Shown piece by piece: positions 1-13,310 of a DNA stretch of 64,000 bases (the first letter of the stretch is position 1; the number at the start of each line of letters is the position of its first letter). The stretch is from positions 192,145,741 to 192,209,740 of the forward strand of contig CM041465.1 in NCBI GenBank assembly GCA_023213395.1. Direction: 5' to 3'. Both the position numbers and the translations under genes were made by a program. The notes under the pieces are model-generated. The model had not been told where the DNA came from. It was given only the letters and a program-made list of their open reading frames with translations, and ran no database searches. Origin of the DNA: Cycas panzhihuaensis (Eukaryota; Plantae; Cycadophyta).

Positions 1-23
1 TTGCTAATCAATGGAGCAAATGT

Positions 24-114
24 AAAGAATAAGCTATCGCCAAAGAGATTTTGGGTCCAACTTGCAATTCAAAGAACAAGCTATCATTGGAGATATTTTG
101 GCTCCCACTTGCAA
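24..114. repeat. Degenerate 47-bp tandem duplication (2 units)
   Basis: aaagaataagctatcgccaaagagattttgggtccaacttgcaa (24-67) vs aaagaacaagctatcattggagatattttggctcccacttgcaa (71-114). Confidence 0.7.
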
Positions 115-198
115 CCTAAGTGGAGAATACCTATAGAAGGAATTACCACTTTATAAATCAACTACACACATGGAATAGAAGAGAGAAGAGAAAGCATA

Positions 199-217
199 GA
201 TATATATATATATATAT
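199..217. repeat. (TA)n microsatellite, probable 3' tail of the LINE
   Basis: gatatatatatatatatat lies at the 3' end of the minus-strand LINE, next to the putative TSD. Confidence 0.7.
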
Positions 218-476
218 GTATGATTTTGTAAAAAAGAGAAGGGGTTTTGGAAGGTCCCCAAATCTTTACAACATCTACCTTACGGCTATAAAGGATGCCA
301 TGATAAGTCCATGGCCTAGATAAGCTCAGAATATACTAGCCAACTGCACCATAAAAGCTCTAGTTGGTCCAGAACCATCAGGCCCCTCCCTGGGCTAACC
401 CATCCTTCTTAACCAGACTTAGAAACTCCTCTGGGAAGTGTTCTCTCTAGACCCTCATGCCTTTATTTGAGACTAC

Positions 477-1031
477 TCAGTTAGCTAGCCAATCAGTTGC
501 TGTATTGCCCTCTCTGAATGTGTGGTGAATATGAGATCCCTCCTTTGCCTTTAGATCCTCCTCAACATCCCTTACCATACTCACATTATGCCAATAAATG
601 TTTGTATCCCCTCTGAGGATCCTGATCACATTAAGTGAGTCTCCTTCTATCACTACCTTATTGCAGTCATCCTTATTAGCCATAGTAACTGCTCTCTATA
701 TGGCCTTTAATTTGGCCCTATGATTTGTTTGGATGCTATAATATTCCACAAAAGCCCACCTCACACCACCATTTAGGTATCTACATAGCCCTCCCCTACT
801 TACCTCACCAGGATGACCTTTTGCTACTCTGTCAAAATTTATTTTTACCCAATTGTCAACAGGTGGACTCCAAGGATATTCTCTTCTCTTGACCCCAATT
901 ATATTAGGTCTTCTTATACCCCACCCATCTAAGATGCTACCATCCCTTTCCAAGATTGTCTCCTCATCTTGATCTTTAATCAATTCAGCTATCGCCGAGC
1001 GAATAATCTCATGCAATCTTACCATATCCAA
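477..1031 (-). pseudogene. LINE ORF2 C-terminal RNase H (RVT_3-type) domain, disrupted
   Basis: WSPPVDNWVKINFD..KGHPGE..GGLCR, TNHRAKLKAI, VVIEGDSLNVI, HHTFREGNTATDWLAN match the plant L1 RNase H motifs. Confidence 0.88.
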
Positions 1032-1196
1032 TTCCTTCCCATGACATATTTTTCTGTTTTGTTCTTTCTAAATGTTCTACACCACCATTGGCATGACCAT
1101 TTTCCATAAAGATTTCAGAGTCTTACACCTGAAGGGGCAATTCCACATCCTCCGTTGATCCATCAGGGTCCTTGGGCTTACCCATGATATCCCCAT

Positions 1197-1475
1197 TTAG
1201 GACCATATCCCATCCCAAACTCTTATAGTAAAAGGATAGAGAATGTTGATATGATCGATCATCTCCTCATCCTTTTTGCACATCGCACATCTGTTTGGCA
1301 TGACCATGCCCTGCTTATGGAGGTTATGGACCGTCAAGATCTTTTTCTTTAGGCATAACCACCAAAAGATCACAAACTTGGGAGTTAAGCCTAGCTTCCA
1401 TAGCCCAGCCAAAGAGGATCGTCTTTGAACCCCTATTCCCTGCATATCACCTGGTACCCATCCTTCACAGTGCAC
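1197..1475 (-). pseudogene. LINE ORF2 zf-RVT zinc-binding region
   Basis: LWKLGLTPKFVIFWWLCLKKKILTVHNLHKQG..PNRCAMCKKDEEMIDHI..YPFTIRVW. Confidence 0.85.
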
Positions 1476-1974
1476 TCCCCTGAGGGGGAGTTCACCTATA
1501 TGATCACATTTGCTTTGAGCCTTTTTGGAATGTAGTGATGCTTAAGCTCCTTTCTTAAAGCTTGAATATTCTCCCCCCATCCTGGGGTCCTTGCAACTCC
1601 TCGAAAGATATCCAGGCCTTGTCTCTGCCATGACCCTCCCAGTAATCCTTAATGTTAGGGCCATATATATATTCACAGATAGCCTACAAGGGAGTGACAC
1701 GCAGGCTATCTTTCAATCGATAGTTATGACACCATTTGTCCTCCCAGAATTTCATGCTTTCCCTATTCCCCAGGTTCCATCTCAAGCCATCTATTAAGAT
1801 GGGTCTCGAATGAACCAAACTCTTCCAGATCAACGACCCATGAACCTCCCTCATCTCATCTTTTAAGAAATGCCTTCCTCATAGATATTTTTTAGATATA
1901 ATCTCACTCCACTATCCTCCTTCCTCCTTTGATAATCTCTAGCCTAGCTTGACCAACAAGGCTGTGCTAAAAGA

Positions 1975-2474
1975 TGAAGAGAAAATATAACTGAGAAGCA
2001 ATGTGATAATATAACTCTAAACCATGCAAAGAACAAATAATATAAACAAATCAAACACTCAACAAAGAACACTAGGAGATTCAGGTCTAAGCACAGATCT
2101 TTTATTAATCTGAGCAACAACTAAAGAATTATAGAGATAAATGAACCCCAACTCTTCTCCTCGACTTATCCACGATCACTTCATTATATGTTACATGTGT
2201 TGTTACATAAGAATATATAGACACAATATTACAAGATACCACCTTGCAATTTTACAATATAATGGGCATAAGCCATTGGGCTAATAAAGACCCCTATAAG
2301 ACACCCAAAAAAATTTCTCGAGGGATCCCGCCCCTGAACCTTCGCTTAAGGGGCCACTGGCCCCCTAGTCCCCCCAGCCGGGGGCCCTATAATGGGCCCC
2401 CAAACCCCACAAAGGGGCTCGGGTGTAACACCTATACACATGTAACACTTATAAAGTGTTTAACATATCTAACA
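1975..2474 (-). repeat. 3' LTR of Tnt1-like copy 1 (500 bp, retains GC hairpin block)
   Basis: tgaagagaaaatataactgag...atatctaaca; aligns with 6541-6938. Confidence 0.92.
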
Positions 2475-2499
2475 ATCTCCAACTTATTGAACATTTTAT

Positions 2500-5400
2500 A
2501 AGAAAACTTGCATACACAACTACTGAATGCCAAAATCATAAACACCCATTATAATTCTACACGCTCTAAATTTTTCTATGCTAATAATTTTAGTTAATGA
2601 ATCTACAACATTCTTTTGAATAGCAATCTTCCACAAGTCCACCTTGTGATCTTGAACTACATGTCAATATGCTTCAACTGAGCATGAAAATGGGGTTCTT
2701 GCTAGGTAGATTGTACTTTGACTATAATAATCTATCCTCACAGCATCTTGCTTAAAGCCAATATCTATGCATAATCTCTGTAACCAAACCGTTTCCTTGC
2801 ACGCATGAGTAGCTGCCATATACTATGCTTCCATAACTTGCTATCTTTTACTCATCCAGCTGACTGTGCCACCACAAAGGATAAAAACATATCCGCTTGT
2901 AGATCTTCTGTTGTTAAGATCTCCAGCCCAATCAACATCAACAAAACCTCTAAAGTTCACTGTTCTACTCTGCATGGGATCTCCTTGATAGTAAATTCCA
3001 TAGTCTGATGTACTTTGCAGATACCTAAAAATCCTTTTCACAGCCACCTAATGCTCCTTATGTGGGTTTGACATATACCTGCTAACTACTCCGACTACAT
3101 GGGCAATGCCTAGTTGAGTGTAAACCATCACATATATCAGGCTACCAATGACATTGGCATAAGGGACAAATTCCATGTCTTTAACTTTTTGGTGAGTCTT
3201 TATGCATTATTCAGCTAATAATTTTAAACCAGTAGGAAGAGGAATATTAACTGGTTTACTATCCTGCAACCTAAACCGTTGCAATATTGTCTCAATGTAC
3301 CATCTTTGGCTAAGCCAAATCTTCTTGTTTCTCCTATCCCTTTTACTCTCAATGCACAAAATAAAATGTGCAGTACTAAGGTCCTTCATCTCAAAGTGAG
3401 ATGCTAGTTGGTATTTCACAAGTTGGTTCATTCCTTTATTGTTACCAACTAAAAGTATATCATCAACAAATAAAGTCAAAATAACAAAATGATCACCAAC
3501 CTACTTATAATAAACATAATGATCTGCTTTGCTGCACACAAAGACATTCGCCAACATATGTGAATAAAACTTTTAGTACCACATCCTTGGTGACTATTTC
3601 AAGCCGTATAATGACTTCTTCAACTTGCACACCATATCCTCCTTTTCTGCAACTTCAAACCCTTTAGGCTACAACATATAAATTTCTTCCTCGAGGTCAC
3701 CGTGAAGAAATATAGTCTTCACATACATTTGATCCACCTTAAGGTCATAGGCAACTACTATAGCCAACAAAAATCTAAAGGAAGCAACTCTTGCAACTGG
3801 AGAAAATACCTCATCAAAATCTATTCCCTTGACCTGGGAATAACCCTTTAATACCAAGCAAGCCTTGTACTTTTCCACAGTACCATCTACTTGGAACTTA
3901 TTCTTGAAGATCTATTTATTAATAGTAGGTTTTCTTCCATCAGGTAGATCCACCAGATCCCATGTATTATTTTTGTACAAGGCCATCATTTCTTCCTACA
4001 TGGCCTTCATCTAGAGTTGGCTATCTTTTGACTCTAGAGCCTCCCAAATAGTACTTAGATTACTATCTATAGCAGATAAAACATAAGAGGAGTGATAAAA
4101 GTCTTCAAGAATATACCTATTAGGCTATCTTTTCTCACAAGTTCATCTCCTCAAGATGTGGGGTTTTTGAGATTGAACTACCTCTATAGCTGGTTCTTCC
4201 TATTCAACTGACTCATATTCTAATGAAAAATTTTCATCTCTTACTTCTAATTATACCTTCTTAGAGTGTTCCTCCTTTGGTTCTTCATCCTACTTTAGAG
4301 ACTTGAACTCCGCTCTAAAGACAACATCACAACTATATACAACCTTTTGTGTTTCAAGGTTATAAAGCTTATATTCTTTAACACCATCACCATAGGCAAT
4401 GAAAATAGTCTTTTATGCTTTCAAATCAAGCTTAGTCCTTTATTGTTTAGGAATATGCACAAAAGCTTCACAACCAAAAACTCTAAGATGACTAAGAGAT
4501 GGTTTCCTAGAAGACCACACTTCTTTAGGTGTTTTATATACTAAGGCAGTTGTCGGTGATCTGTTTATCAGGTAGCTTATAGTCATCACAGCCTTTGCCC
4601 ATAATTTCTTCTCTAATCTAGCAGCACTGAGCATACTCCTTGATCTCTCTAGCAAGGTCCTATTCATCCTTTCAGCAACTCCATTCTGCTATGGCATATA
4701 GGGAATTATCTTTTGCCTTGCTATCCCACACTGCTTACAAAGGTACTCAAATTCCTTTGAGGAAAACTCACCTCCATTATTAGTCCTCAGTACCTTGATT
4801 TGCCTATCACTCTAATTCTCGACCAAGGCCTTGAATTCTTTGAATTTACTGAAGACTTCAGATTTCTTCTTGAGAAAGTGCAACCATGTCTTTCTCAAGA
4901 AATCGTCTATGAATGAGACAAAGTATTTGGACCCACCCAATGAGGGTACATCAACAGGTCCAAAAACATCGTTGTGCACCAATTGTAGAATACCCTTTAA
5001 CCTCTTCGAACTTAAAGGAAAATTGACCCGATTCTGTTTGCCATACATACAATGCTTATAGAAATCAAAATCAAAGGAGCCATTAATTCTAGAGATGTCT
5101 TCTACCATACCTTTGGAGAATAAATCATGGAGGCCTTTCTCTCCAACATGGCCCAGTCTCTGATGCCACAACATAGTTTTAGCAACAAGTGATATTTGAG
5201 TCCTATCTTCTTTATTGCTACTTTCTGTAATAGCTAACTTCTAGCACATACTGTACTTGCATCAAGCTTGTATAGTGTTCCCAATTAGAACCCTCTTGCT
5301 AACACCAATGCTCCTTGAACCATTATACAACCATCTTTATTAAAGGTCACTTCTATTCTTGCATCACCCAATTGACTGACATACAACAAACTCATAGGCA

Positions 5401-6455
5401 AACTAGGAATATGATTCACATTATGGATAGTTTTAACCCTTCCATCCCCAAATTGAACCTTCACCCTTCCATGACCCACAATTTTATATGGGTAATCATC
5501 CCCGAGAAATACCTCACCTCCATCAATCCTTGTGTTTTCACAAAACCAGTCCCTATGGGGAGTAACATGAAGCAAAGCACTAGAGTCAATTAACCAAGAC
5601 TCGATATTTGAAAACTTACCTGAGGTTGCCAAATAAACATCACCATCAGCTTCATCGGAGGCTTTTGTTACTGTAGAAGAAGTAACTTTAGGTGACTTTT
5701 CCTTGTCTACCTTGACTTAAAACTAGCTCTTCATATGGCCAACCTTTCCACATCTCCAACATACCTAAGGTCCTCTACCTGGAGATTTAGATTTTCCTCT
5801 AGATTTTGGCCGTCTGTTCCTAGGCCTTTATTGGTTGCGATCCAATGTTTGACCTTTTACCGCTAATGCTTCTTTCGAATAATCCTCAGAAGATTTTCAC
5901 CTTGTCTCTTCTGATAGCAGAGTAGTAACAACATCATCAAATTTTAGGGTGGCAGTAGCCTTGCTGCTAATCATCATCACAAGATTATCCCTGGAATTAA
6001 AAAGCAAACATAACAGGGTAATATACACTTGTCTTCTTTAGACATTGTTACCCTAACTGAAACAAGCTAGCTCACCATGGTGTTAAATATAGTCAGATAA
6101 TCTACAACTGCACCTCCATCACTTATCCTGAGTGAATACAACTTTTTCCGAAGAAATAGCTTATTAACCAGGGACTTTGTCTGATACAAAGCCTCTAACT
6201 TTCTCCATAGATTTTTGGCCATAAACTCTGTGGTAACATTCAACAACACCATGTCTAAAAGGCATAACCTTATCGAATTGATTGCCTTTTGATCAAGCTT
6301 CTTCCAGTTTTCATCACCCATAGTCGCAAGCTTTGATCCTGCTATAATGATCCACTAATCCTTCTCGACGAGAATATCTTCCATTTTTAGCTTCCACAAC
6401 TCAAAGTTCTGGTTATTGAACTTTTCAATCTCCATATTTATAGTGTTTTCTATGA
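2500..6455 (-). pseudogene. Copia gag-pol polyprotein, many stops and frameshifts
   Basis: gag NKLFLRKKLYSLR; protease WLIDSSA; GAG-pre-integrase LWHQRLGH; integrase LVHNDVFGP, FIDDF, MNRTLLER; RT YKACLVLKGYSQ, LFVDDILL; RNase H VDWAGDLNNRRSTSGYVF. Confidence 0.92.
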
Positions 6456-6540
6456 TCTTTGTACTTAAGTTCACTGCACAAAGCTCCCACTTACCAAATG
6501 GCTTCCCATAGAACTAAAAACCCTTGGCTCTGATACCAAA

Positions 6541-6938
6541 TAAAGAGAAAATATAACTGAGAATCAATGTGATAACATAATTCTAAATCATACAAAGAAC
6601 AAATAATATAAACAAATCAAACACTAAAAAAAGAACACTAGGAGATTTAGGTCTAAGCATAGACCTTTTATTAATCTAAGTAACAACTAAAGAATTACAG
6701 AGATGAATGAAACCCAACTCTTCACCTCGACTTATCCATGATCACTTCATTTTATATTACATGTGTCGTTACATAAGAATATATAGATACAACATTACAA
6801 GACACCACCTTGCAGTTTTACAATACAATGGGCATAAACTATTGGGCCGACAAAGACCCCTATAACACACCCAAAAAGGGGCTTGGGCGTAATACCTATA
6901 CCCATGTAACACTTGCAAAGTGTTCAACATATCTAACA
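6541..6938 (-). repeat. 5' LTR of Tnt1-like copy 1 (398 bp, lacks ~100-bp GC block)
   Basis: taaagagaaaatataactgag...atatctaaca, adjacent to the PBS. Confidence 0.92.
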
Positions 6939-7897
6939 AAAGAGGCCAACCTTTTGATGTTAATCCCCCGTGCCCATTTAGGCATACAAACTTTATCCCA
7001 TATGACCAAGTGAATTCTATCATTTTCTTCAGCTCTAGTCTAGAAAAATCTCTTCTAAATGACCTCTAAAGTTGAGACAACCTTGCTTAGAATCTTAAAA
7101 ATAGACATCATATTGAAGGAAGGATGGATCTAGGAGATAAATCACTCACATGCACACAATGGCAATGGAGAATGAAAAAGAAGATGAAACAAGATATGAG
7201 AGCAAGCTTGGAGGTGTGAATGAAAATAATAACTCCCTCCTTGAGATTTTACCTTTTATTATTGAGGGTGAGCATTAAGGTTAGGATTTTTCCACCTAAT
7301 GACATGAACCCGAAATTACATCTAAATGCACATAAAATATATTTCATTAAGAGACTAATGCTAATAATATATCCTAAAGTCACATAATTAATCTACACAA
7401 ATGACCTTGATACATTAACCTCTTTCAATCCCCCCTTAATAGTGGAAGGCCATTTTTAGAAAATCTATTCTATAAGGTCTTCATTTGAGCCTCATTATTA
7501 CATTGAAATTCTAAATGACACTTTTGTGGGAAAACCATCACGAGGAATAAAAACCCACGAACTTTCTAAGATCTATAGCCCCTTTTATAAATTAAAATGG
7601 CTAAGGTGGCTCTTTGATGTAGCCTGATAGCCGACTTAAATGTGCGACAATCTGCTAAGTCTCCATATACTATTTGGTCATCCCCTATGCCCTTTTGGGT
7701 TTTCACAGGTTTTAATTTTCTAAAACAAGTACAACCCTTATCCTTCTATGCCCACATAGAATTTTCACAAAGAGGATATAGCGAAGACTTACTCTTATTC
7801 TTCTGCACCCATAAGGGACTTTCACGAAGAGAATAGAGTATGATGATCCTGTAGCCATCTTCTTTGATCAATCAAAGATGGAGGCCCTAAGGGTGAG

Positions 7898-10800
7898 CTA
7901 CCTTCGGAACTGTTCAAACGTCACCCTTTGTAGTGGTTTGGTGAAGATATCGGCCACTTGATCTGCTGTGGGGCAGTAATCTAATTGAATTGTGCCGTCA
8001 TAAACAAGTTCCTTAATCTTGTGGACTTTCGTACTTATATATTTGGTACGATCGTGAAATACAGGATTTTTCGCCATGCAGATTACTGATTGATTATCCA
8101 CATGAAGACTCGTAGGACTTCTTTGGGTGATATTCAATGTTTCCAATAATTTTCTCAGCTATATCACCTCTTTACTAGTCTCAGAAGTAGCAATGTATTC
8201 AACTTCAGCAGTTGAATATGCAGCTATCTTCTACCGTCTAGATCTCCATGATATTAGTGATATTTCAAGAAACGTTACATACCCAGACGTAGATCTTCCT
8301 GTATCTTTATCTCCTGCAAAGCTTGAGTCTGTGTATGTAGAAAGCTTGAAGTCTGAATTAGGTTCATACAACATACCATATTTGCTAGTCGTCTTAAGGT
8401 ATCTCAACACTCACACTGCTACCTGCCAATGATTCTACTTAGGATTTGTCATATAACGAGCAAGAATGCCAACATAGTGTATAATATCTGGCCTTGTATT
8501 GGTAGTTTAGATGAGACTACCTACAAGTTTCTTATAGAGTGTTGCGTCTGCCTCCCTAGTATCACCTTCAACTGAGAGTTTGGTGTTATGATCCATAAGT
8601 AACATCATTGGTTGAGCATCTTCTAACTAAAACTTGGTTAGAAGATCGTTGATGTATTTTTCTTGGGAGAGGGAAAAATTTCCATTCTTTTGTGTTACTT
8701 CAATTCCCAAGTAATATTTCATCAAACCAATGTCAGATAATTCGAACGTTTTGCCAAGGTCCTTTTTTCAGTTGGCTTATTACCTGTTCACTATTACCCG
8801 TTACTAGCATGTCATCCACAAAGATTATGAGATAAGTGACTTTATCCTTATGGCACTTGATGAACAACATTGCATCAACATCTTGATAGTTACAAACTTC
8901 GTATCCAAGTTGCCTCATCCTTTCAGACAACTTGGTAAACCAAGTGCGAGGGGCTTGTTTAAGGCCATACAAGGACTTTCTAAGCCTGCAAACCTTATGC
9001 TCTTGACCTTCGATCTCATATCCTTATAGTTGAGCCATGTAAATTTCTTCTTCAAGATCTCCATTAAGAAACGCAGTCTTAATATCGAGTTGGTGGATTT
9101 TTCAACCTTGTTGAGCAGGCAAGGCCACAAGAGTTCTAATTGTAGGCCACTTGGTTATAGGTGCAAAGACTTCAGTGTAGTTGATGCCTTCCCTTTGTGT
9201 AAATCCTTTAGCTACCAAGCTCGCCTTATGTTTTTCAAGGGTGCCGCCTGATCTATATTTGTTTTTGAACACCCATTTTATTTGAACTACCTTTCTGCCA
9301 AGTGATAGATCAACGAGCTCCCATGTACCGTTCTTGATAAGAGATTAGTACTCTTTGTTCATGGTGTTTCTCCAAGCTGTATGCTTTACAACTTCTTGGT
9401 ACGTTAAGGGATCTTCATTAAGAGTAAGGTGCAATTTTGTTGGTTCAAGCTCAGTATATAATGATTCCTGCATCCTTGCTTTATGGGCACTTCGAGTGCC
9501 AATTTTGCCTACCTCATCTAGTCATATGTCCTTATTGAGCTGGCGTGCTTCTCGAGATCCTCGATTTGGGAATGATGTCCTCATTTCCCCAAGTTTTTGG
9601 TTCTCATTATATTTGTTAAAATGATTATTTTGTGAGGAGGATGTTGATGTGCTTGAGGAAGATGGTCCTTCTACCATTGTTTTGCCTTTGTCAACTGAAG
9701 GTGGAGAGGATGGTTCTTCTATAATGGCTTTGTCTTTGTCAGCTCTGTTATCTTCAAAAGATGGTGCTGGATGTGCATTCATTGGTTTAGAGTCACAACT
9801 TGTATCCTCCACGGCTCTATTGTCAACTTCCAACATTTGGAGTAATTTATGTCTGTTCCCCCCCTCCCTCCTTCCCAAATTTTAGAATCTAAATATCATA
9901 CTTAATAATATTATTGTAGCAGCGTGAGGGTACTATGGAGTCTAATTTAAGTAACTGATCCTTTGTCTTCATAAAAATGACATCTCTGGTAATTATGATT
10001 TTTCGTTGTGAAGGTATAAAGATCTTATACCCTTTCTTATCCATAGGGTATCCAACAAAGATGCCTTTAAGTGCCCTTGGCTGGAGTTTATTTCGATCTG
10101 CATCCAGGATATGGGCATAGCATGTAGAGCTAAAAATTTTAAAGTAGTGAACAATGGGGGCTTGTCCTGACCACTTTTCATTAGGTAATTGTGCTTCCTT
10201 TGATGGGCTAACAACATTGATACAATAAACAACTGTCCAGGTTGCTTCAGCCCATAAATAGGCAAGTACATTTTTATATATTAACATAGCATGAGCCATA
10301 TTCATGATTGTCCTATTCATGTGCTCGACAACTCTATTTTGCTATGGGGTACCTGCTACTGTTGTTTGATGCTTGATGCCATTGTCTCGAAGGTATCTTT
10401 CAAACTCATGCGAGGTATATTCACCACTATTATCAGTTCGAAGACATTTGAGTTGATAACCTGACTCTTTTTTGGCAAGGGCTTTGAATTCCTTGAATAT
10501 ATAGAATGCTTCATCTTTCTTATGTAGAAAATCTACCTATACTTTTCTAGTAAAATCATCAATGAAAGAGATGTAATATAGCTTGCTCTTCAGTGAAGGA
10601 ATGAGCATTGGCCCGTACAAATTAGAGTGTACCAATTGTAATGGATGGCTCAATTTCCACTAACTTTTGGGAAAGGGTTATCAATGAGATTTGGCAATTA
10701 TACAAGATTCACATTTAAAGGGCTTAGAGGAAAACTTTGGAAGGTTTGGAAGAGTGTTAGAAAGATCTCTAAGTCTATCAATGTAAACATGGCTCATACG

Positions 10801-12460
10801 AGCATGCCAAAGAGCTTCTGGTGACAATGTTGGATGGGTCAAGATGGAATTAAATGCAAATTCTTCATCGGCACAAAGGCTTTGGGCACAATGGGCTTCA
10901 AAAGATGGAGAGCCATTCAGTCGAAAGAGTTTTCCAGAGAGATGTCTAATCAAAACCACCTGATTAGTTGGAGGGTGAATGACCTTAAGAGTCTGGTCAT
11001 TTGCGGTTACACTCAGATCAAATCCATAAGAAACAAGTGTGGATAAAGAGAGTAGGTTTTATTTGAGATTGGGTATGTATAAGATATCAAGTAATGTAAA
11101 ATCTTCTAAGCCTAGGAGTTTCAGGCGAATGTTGCCAATTCCTTCAACAGGTTGTTGTGATTTATCAGCCATGTGAACAACTCCATGAACATTTGAGTCA
11201 AATGTTTGATATAGATTGCGATTGCATGTCATATGTTGAGTTGCTCATGTGTCTATGATCCACTGTCCATCGATTGAAGCCATACTATTGGCAATTCCAA
11301 TAGGGCTTGGCATTGGTAAAGGAAATTCACAAGTGATATATCCACACTGAGCTTCAAAGAATATCTTTGGTTGGTCAATGGTATTTGATGCTGAAGATTC
11401 CTTAATTTTTTGAATATGTGCATGTACAAAACCTATACCACTAAAGGATTCTTCACAAGTTTCTTCAACATTGTGAGCTCCATGTTTTGGTTGAAACTTC
11501 GCCAACTTATAAGTGGTAGTTCTACAATCTTTTGCTAAGTGTCCTTTACGATTTCACCGATCACACAGAATAGTTTGATTACCAGTCCCTGAAGAAGTAT
11601 TGGTTTGGCCTGACTATCTTGCTCTTTGTTGAGGTGACCCTTGGCCTTGAAACTGTCGAGGTTGTGATTGAGGGTTTGATTGACCTTGTGGACAATTTTC
11701 CATATTTCTTCCTCTTCCTCTTGCTTGGTTATTTCCTCTACCACGAGAGGGACCTTGATTTTTTGTGTAGCAAACTTCTTCTTCTATTTCAAAGGTAGCA
11801 TCTGGAAGAGAGTCAGAGGCTACAAAGTTTGTATCAAATGTTTTGTCAAATTCTATGAACTTCTTGGCAAGTGCTTCGAAGTTGAGTGTCTTCAATGTTC
11901 CACTAGCAAGTTTTTATAATTAGGGACATAAAAACATGACTGGATCAAAAATGCCCAAGTGATGTATTAGGTCTTAAAGTCTTTGTCAATTGCCTGTTTG
12001 ATTGGTTGAAGGAGATTTATTGTCTCATGACCTTGTCCTTTCTGCATTTTTAATTTGTTCATTTTCAAAACAAGATAAACAAATTCTAAATCTGACTTTG
12101 TATCAAAGTTCTTTATAAGAACTTCTAAGACCTTCCAGGCTGTATCATGTTCCTCTTCATTTATCAAGTTGTGCAAGGAGTGATCAATGACCAACAAAAT
12201 TCTTGCACGAATCTTTTCATCATCTATCTTCCATTGTAGTTTAGCTACAGCATCTGTAGGAGCTATTGGGGTGGATCCTTTGAAGCATTGTTGTATTCTT
12301 TGGTATCTTTGGGTGTGGGATGTAGGCGGGCTCTCCAAAGGCCTTCATACTTTGCAGCATTTTTAATTCCAGTGTACCATATATCCCAATTTTCTTTGCC
12401 TTTCAACATGTAGTTAACGTTTTGCTTGAATTGAGATGATATGGTGATGATGATGAAGTA
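7898..12460 (-). pseudogene. Copia gag-pol polyprotein, disrupted
   Basis: PR WIIDT; LWHARMSH..CESCIIAK; IN MNRTIMNMA, GIFVGYP..KKGYK; RT MYGLKQAPRTW, IFVDDMLV; RH VDNQSVI..NPVFHDRTKYI, QVADIFTKPL. Confidence 0.92.
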
Positions 12461-13221
12461 GAAGAGATGATAGAAGTATGTGCCACTGACACGTGTGGCT
12501 AGTACACTTGGTGTAGTAAGGATGTAGAAATGATTGTTATGATGAGAAGCGAGTAATGATTAACTATTTTTCAATAATTATATAAAAAATAAATATAAGT
12601 AATGATGTAAGAATGAGGCCTAATGTAGAGCTGGCAAAGAATGATGATGTGTCATGCCACTAACCTTTCACTTATGTCTAAATATAGGTGAGGTTTCGAT
12701 GCCTAAGGATTCTAGTATACGATTAGGGCCTTCACCTGCGATACCCGCACTTGTGCTTGGTGATGAAATCCAAGTCACAGTAGAGCCCAGGTACTTCTAG
12801 TCCTTACCCAGTTCACCAATGAGCAGCTATATATCTCCTCCGAAGAGTCAAACGATACTGCGTATCCCACAGCTATGATGGGTATTGGACTGGGTTAATT
12901 TTAATCTTGCATTAAGGTTTTCAGTTTTCCTGGGTGGTTATCAGGATTATCCCTGATTGGAGGCCGTAGCTATGGCTAACCTGTCCCTCCACCACTATTC
13001 TAGTTAAGACCAGACCTAGTATGAAACTTACACCTCCCTTAGGGCCTGGACTTCGGCCAACCTTGGTCTATTTCAACTAAGGCGAGTGTGCGCACAAGTC
13101 AAGAACTGGCAGTATAGATCATACGGATGAGATTCCTTTTAATAATAGTGTAAGATGTTTCCGTATAACTAAAAACTGAAATAGAAACTTGCCAAATGTG
13201 CTTGCTTACTTTTCGTGCTTA

Positions 13222-13310
13222 CTTTGTTATTATTGCTGCTTTTGTGATGCTTTGTTGTTGTTGCTGCTTTTGTGATGCTTTATTGTTGTTTCTACTTTTG
13301 TGATGCGTTA
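13222..13310. repeat. Three ~28-bp tandem units in the Copia leader
   Basis: ttgttattattgctgcttttgtgatgct / ttgttgttgttgctgcttttgtgatgct / ttattgttgtttctacttttgtgatgcg. Confidence 0.8.

Larger units (their letters stand above)
1975..6938 (-). mobile_element. Full-length decayed Ty1/Copia LTR retrotransposon (Tnt1/Tork-like), copy 1
   Basis: LTRs 1975-2474 and 6541-6938; TSD AAAGA (1970-1974/6939-6943); tRNA-iMet PBS (plus strand gctctgatacca 6527-6538); PPT next to 2475; order gag-PR-IN-RT-RH. Confidence 0.95.
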
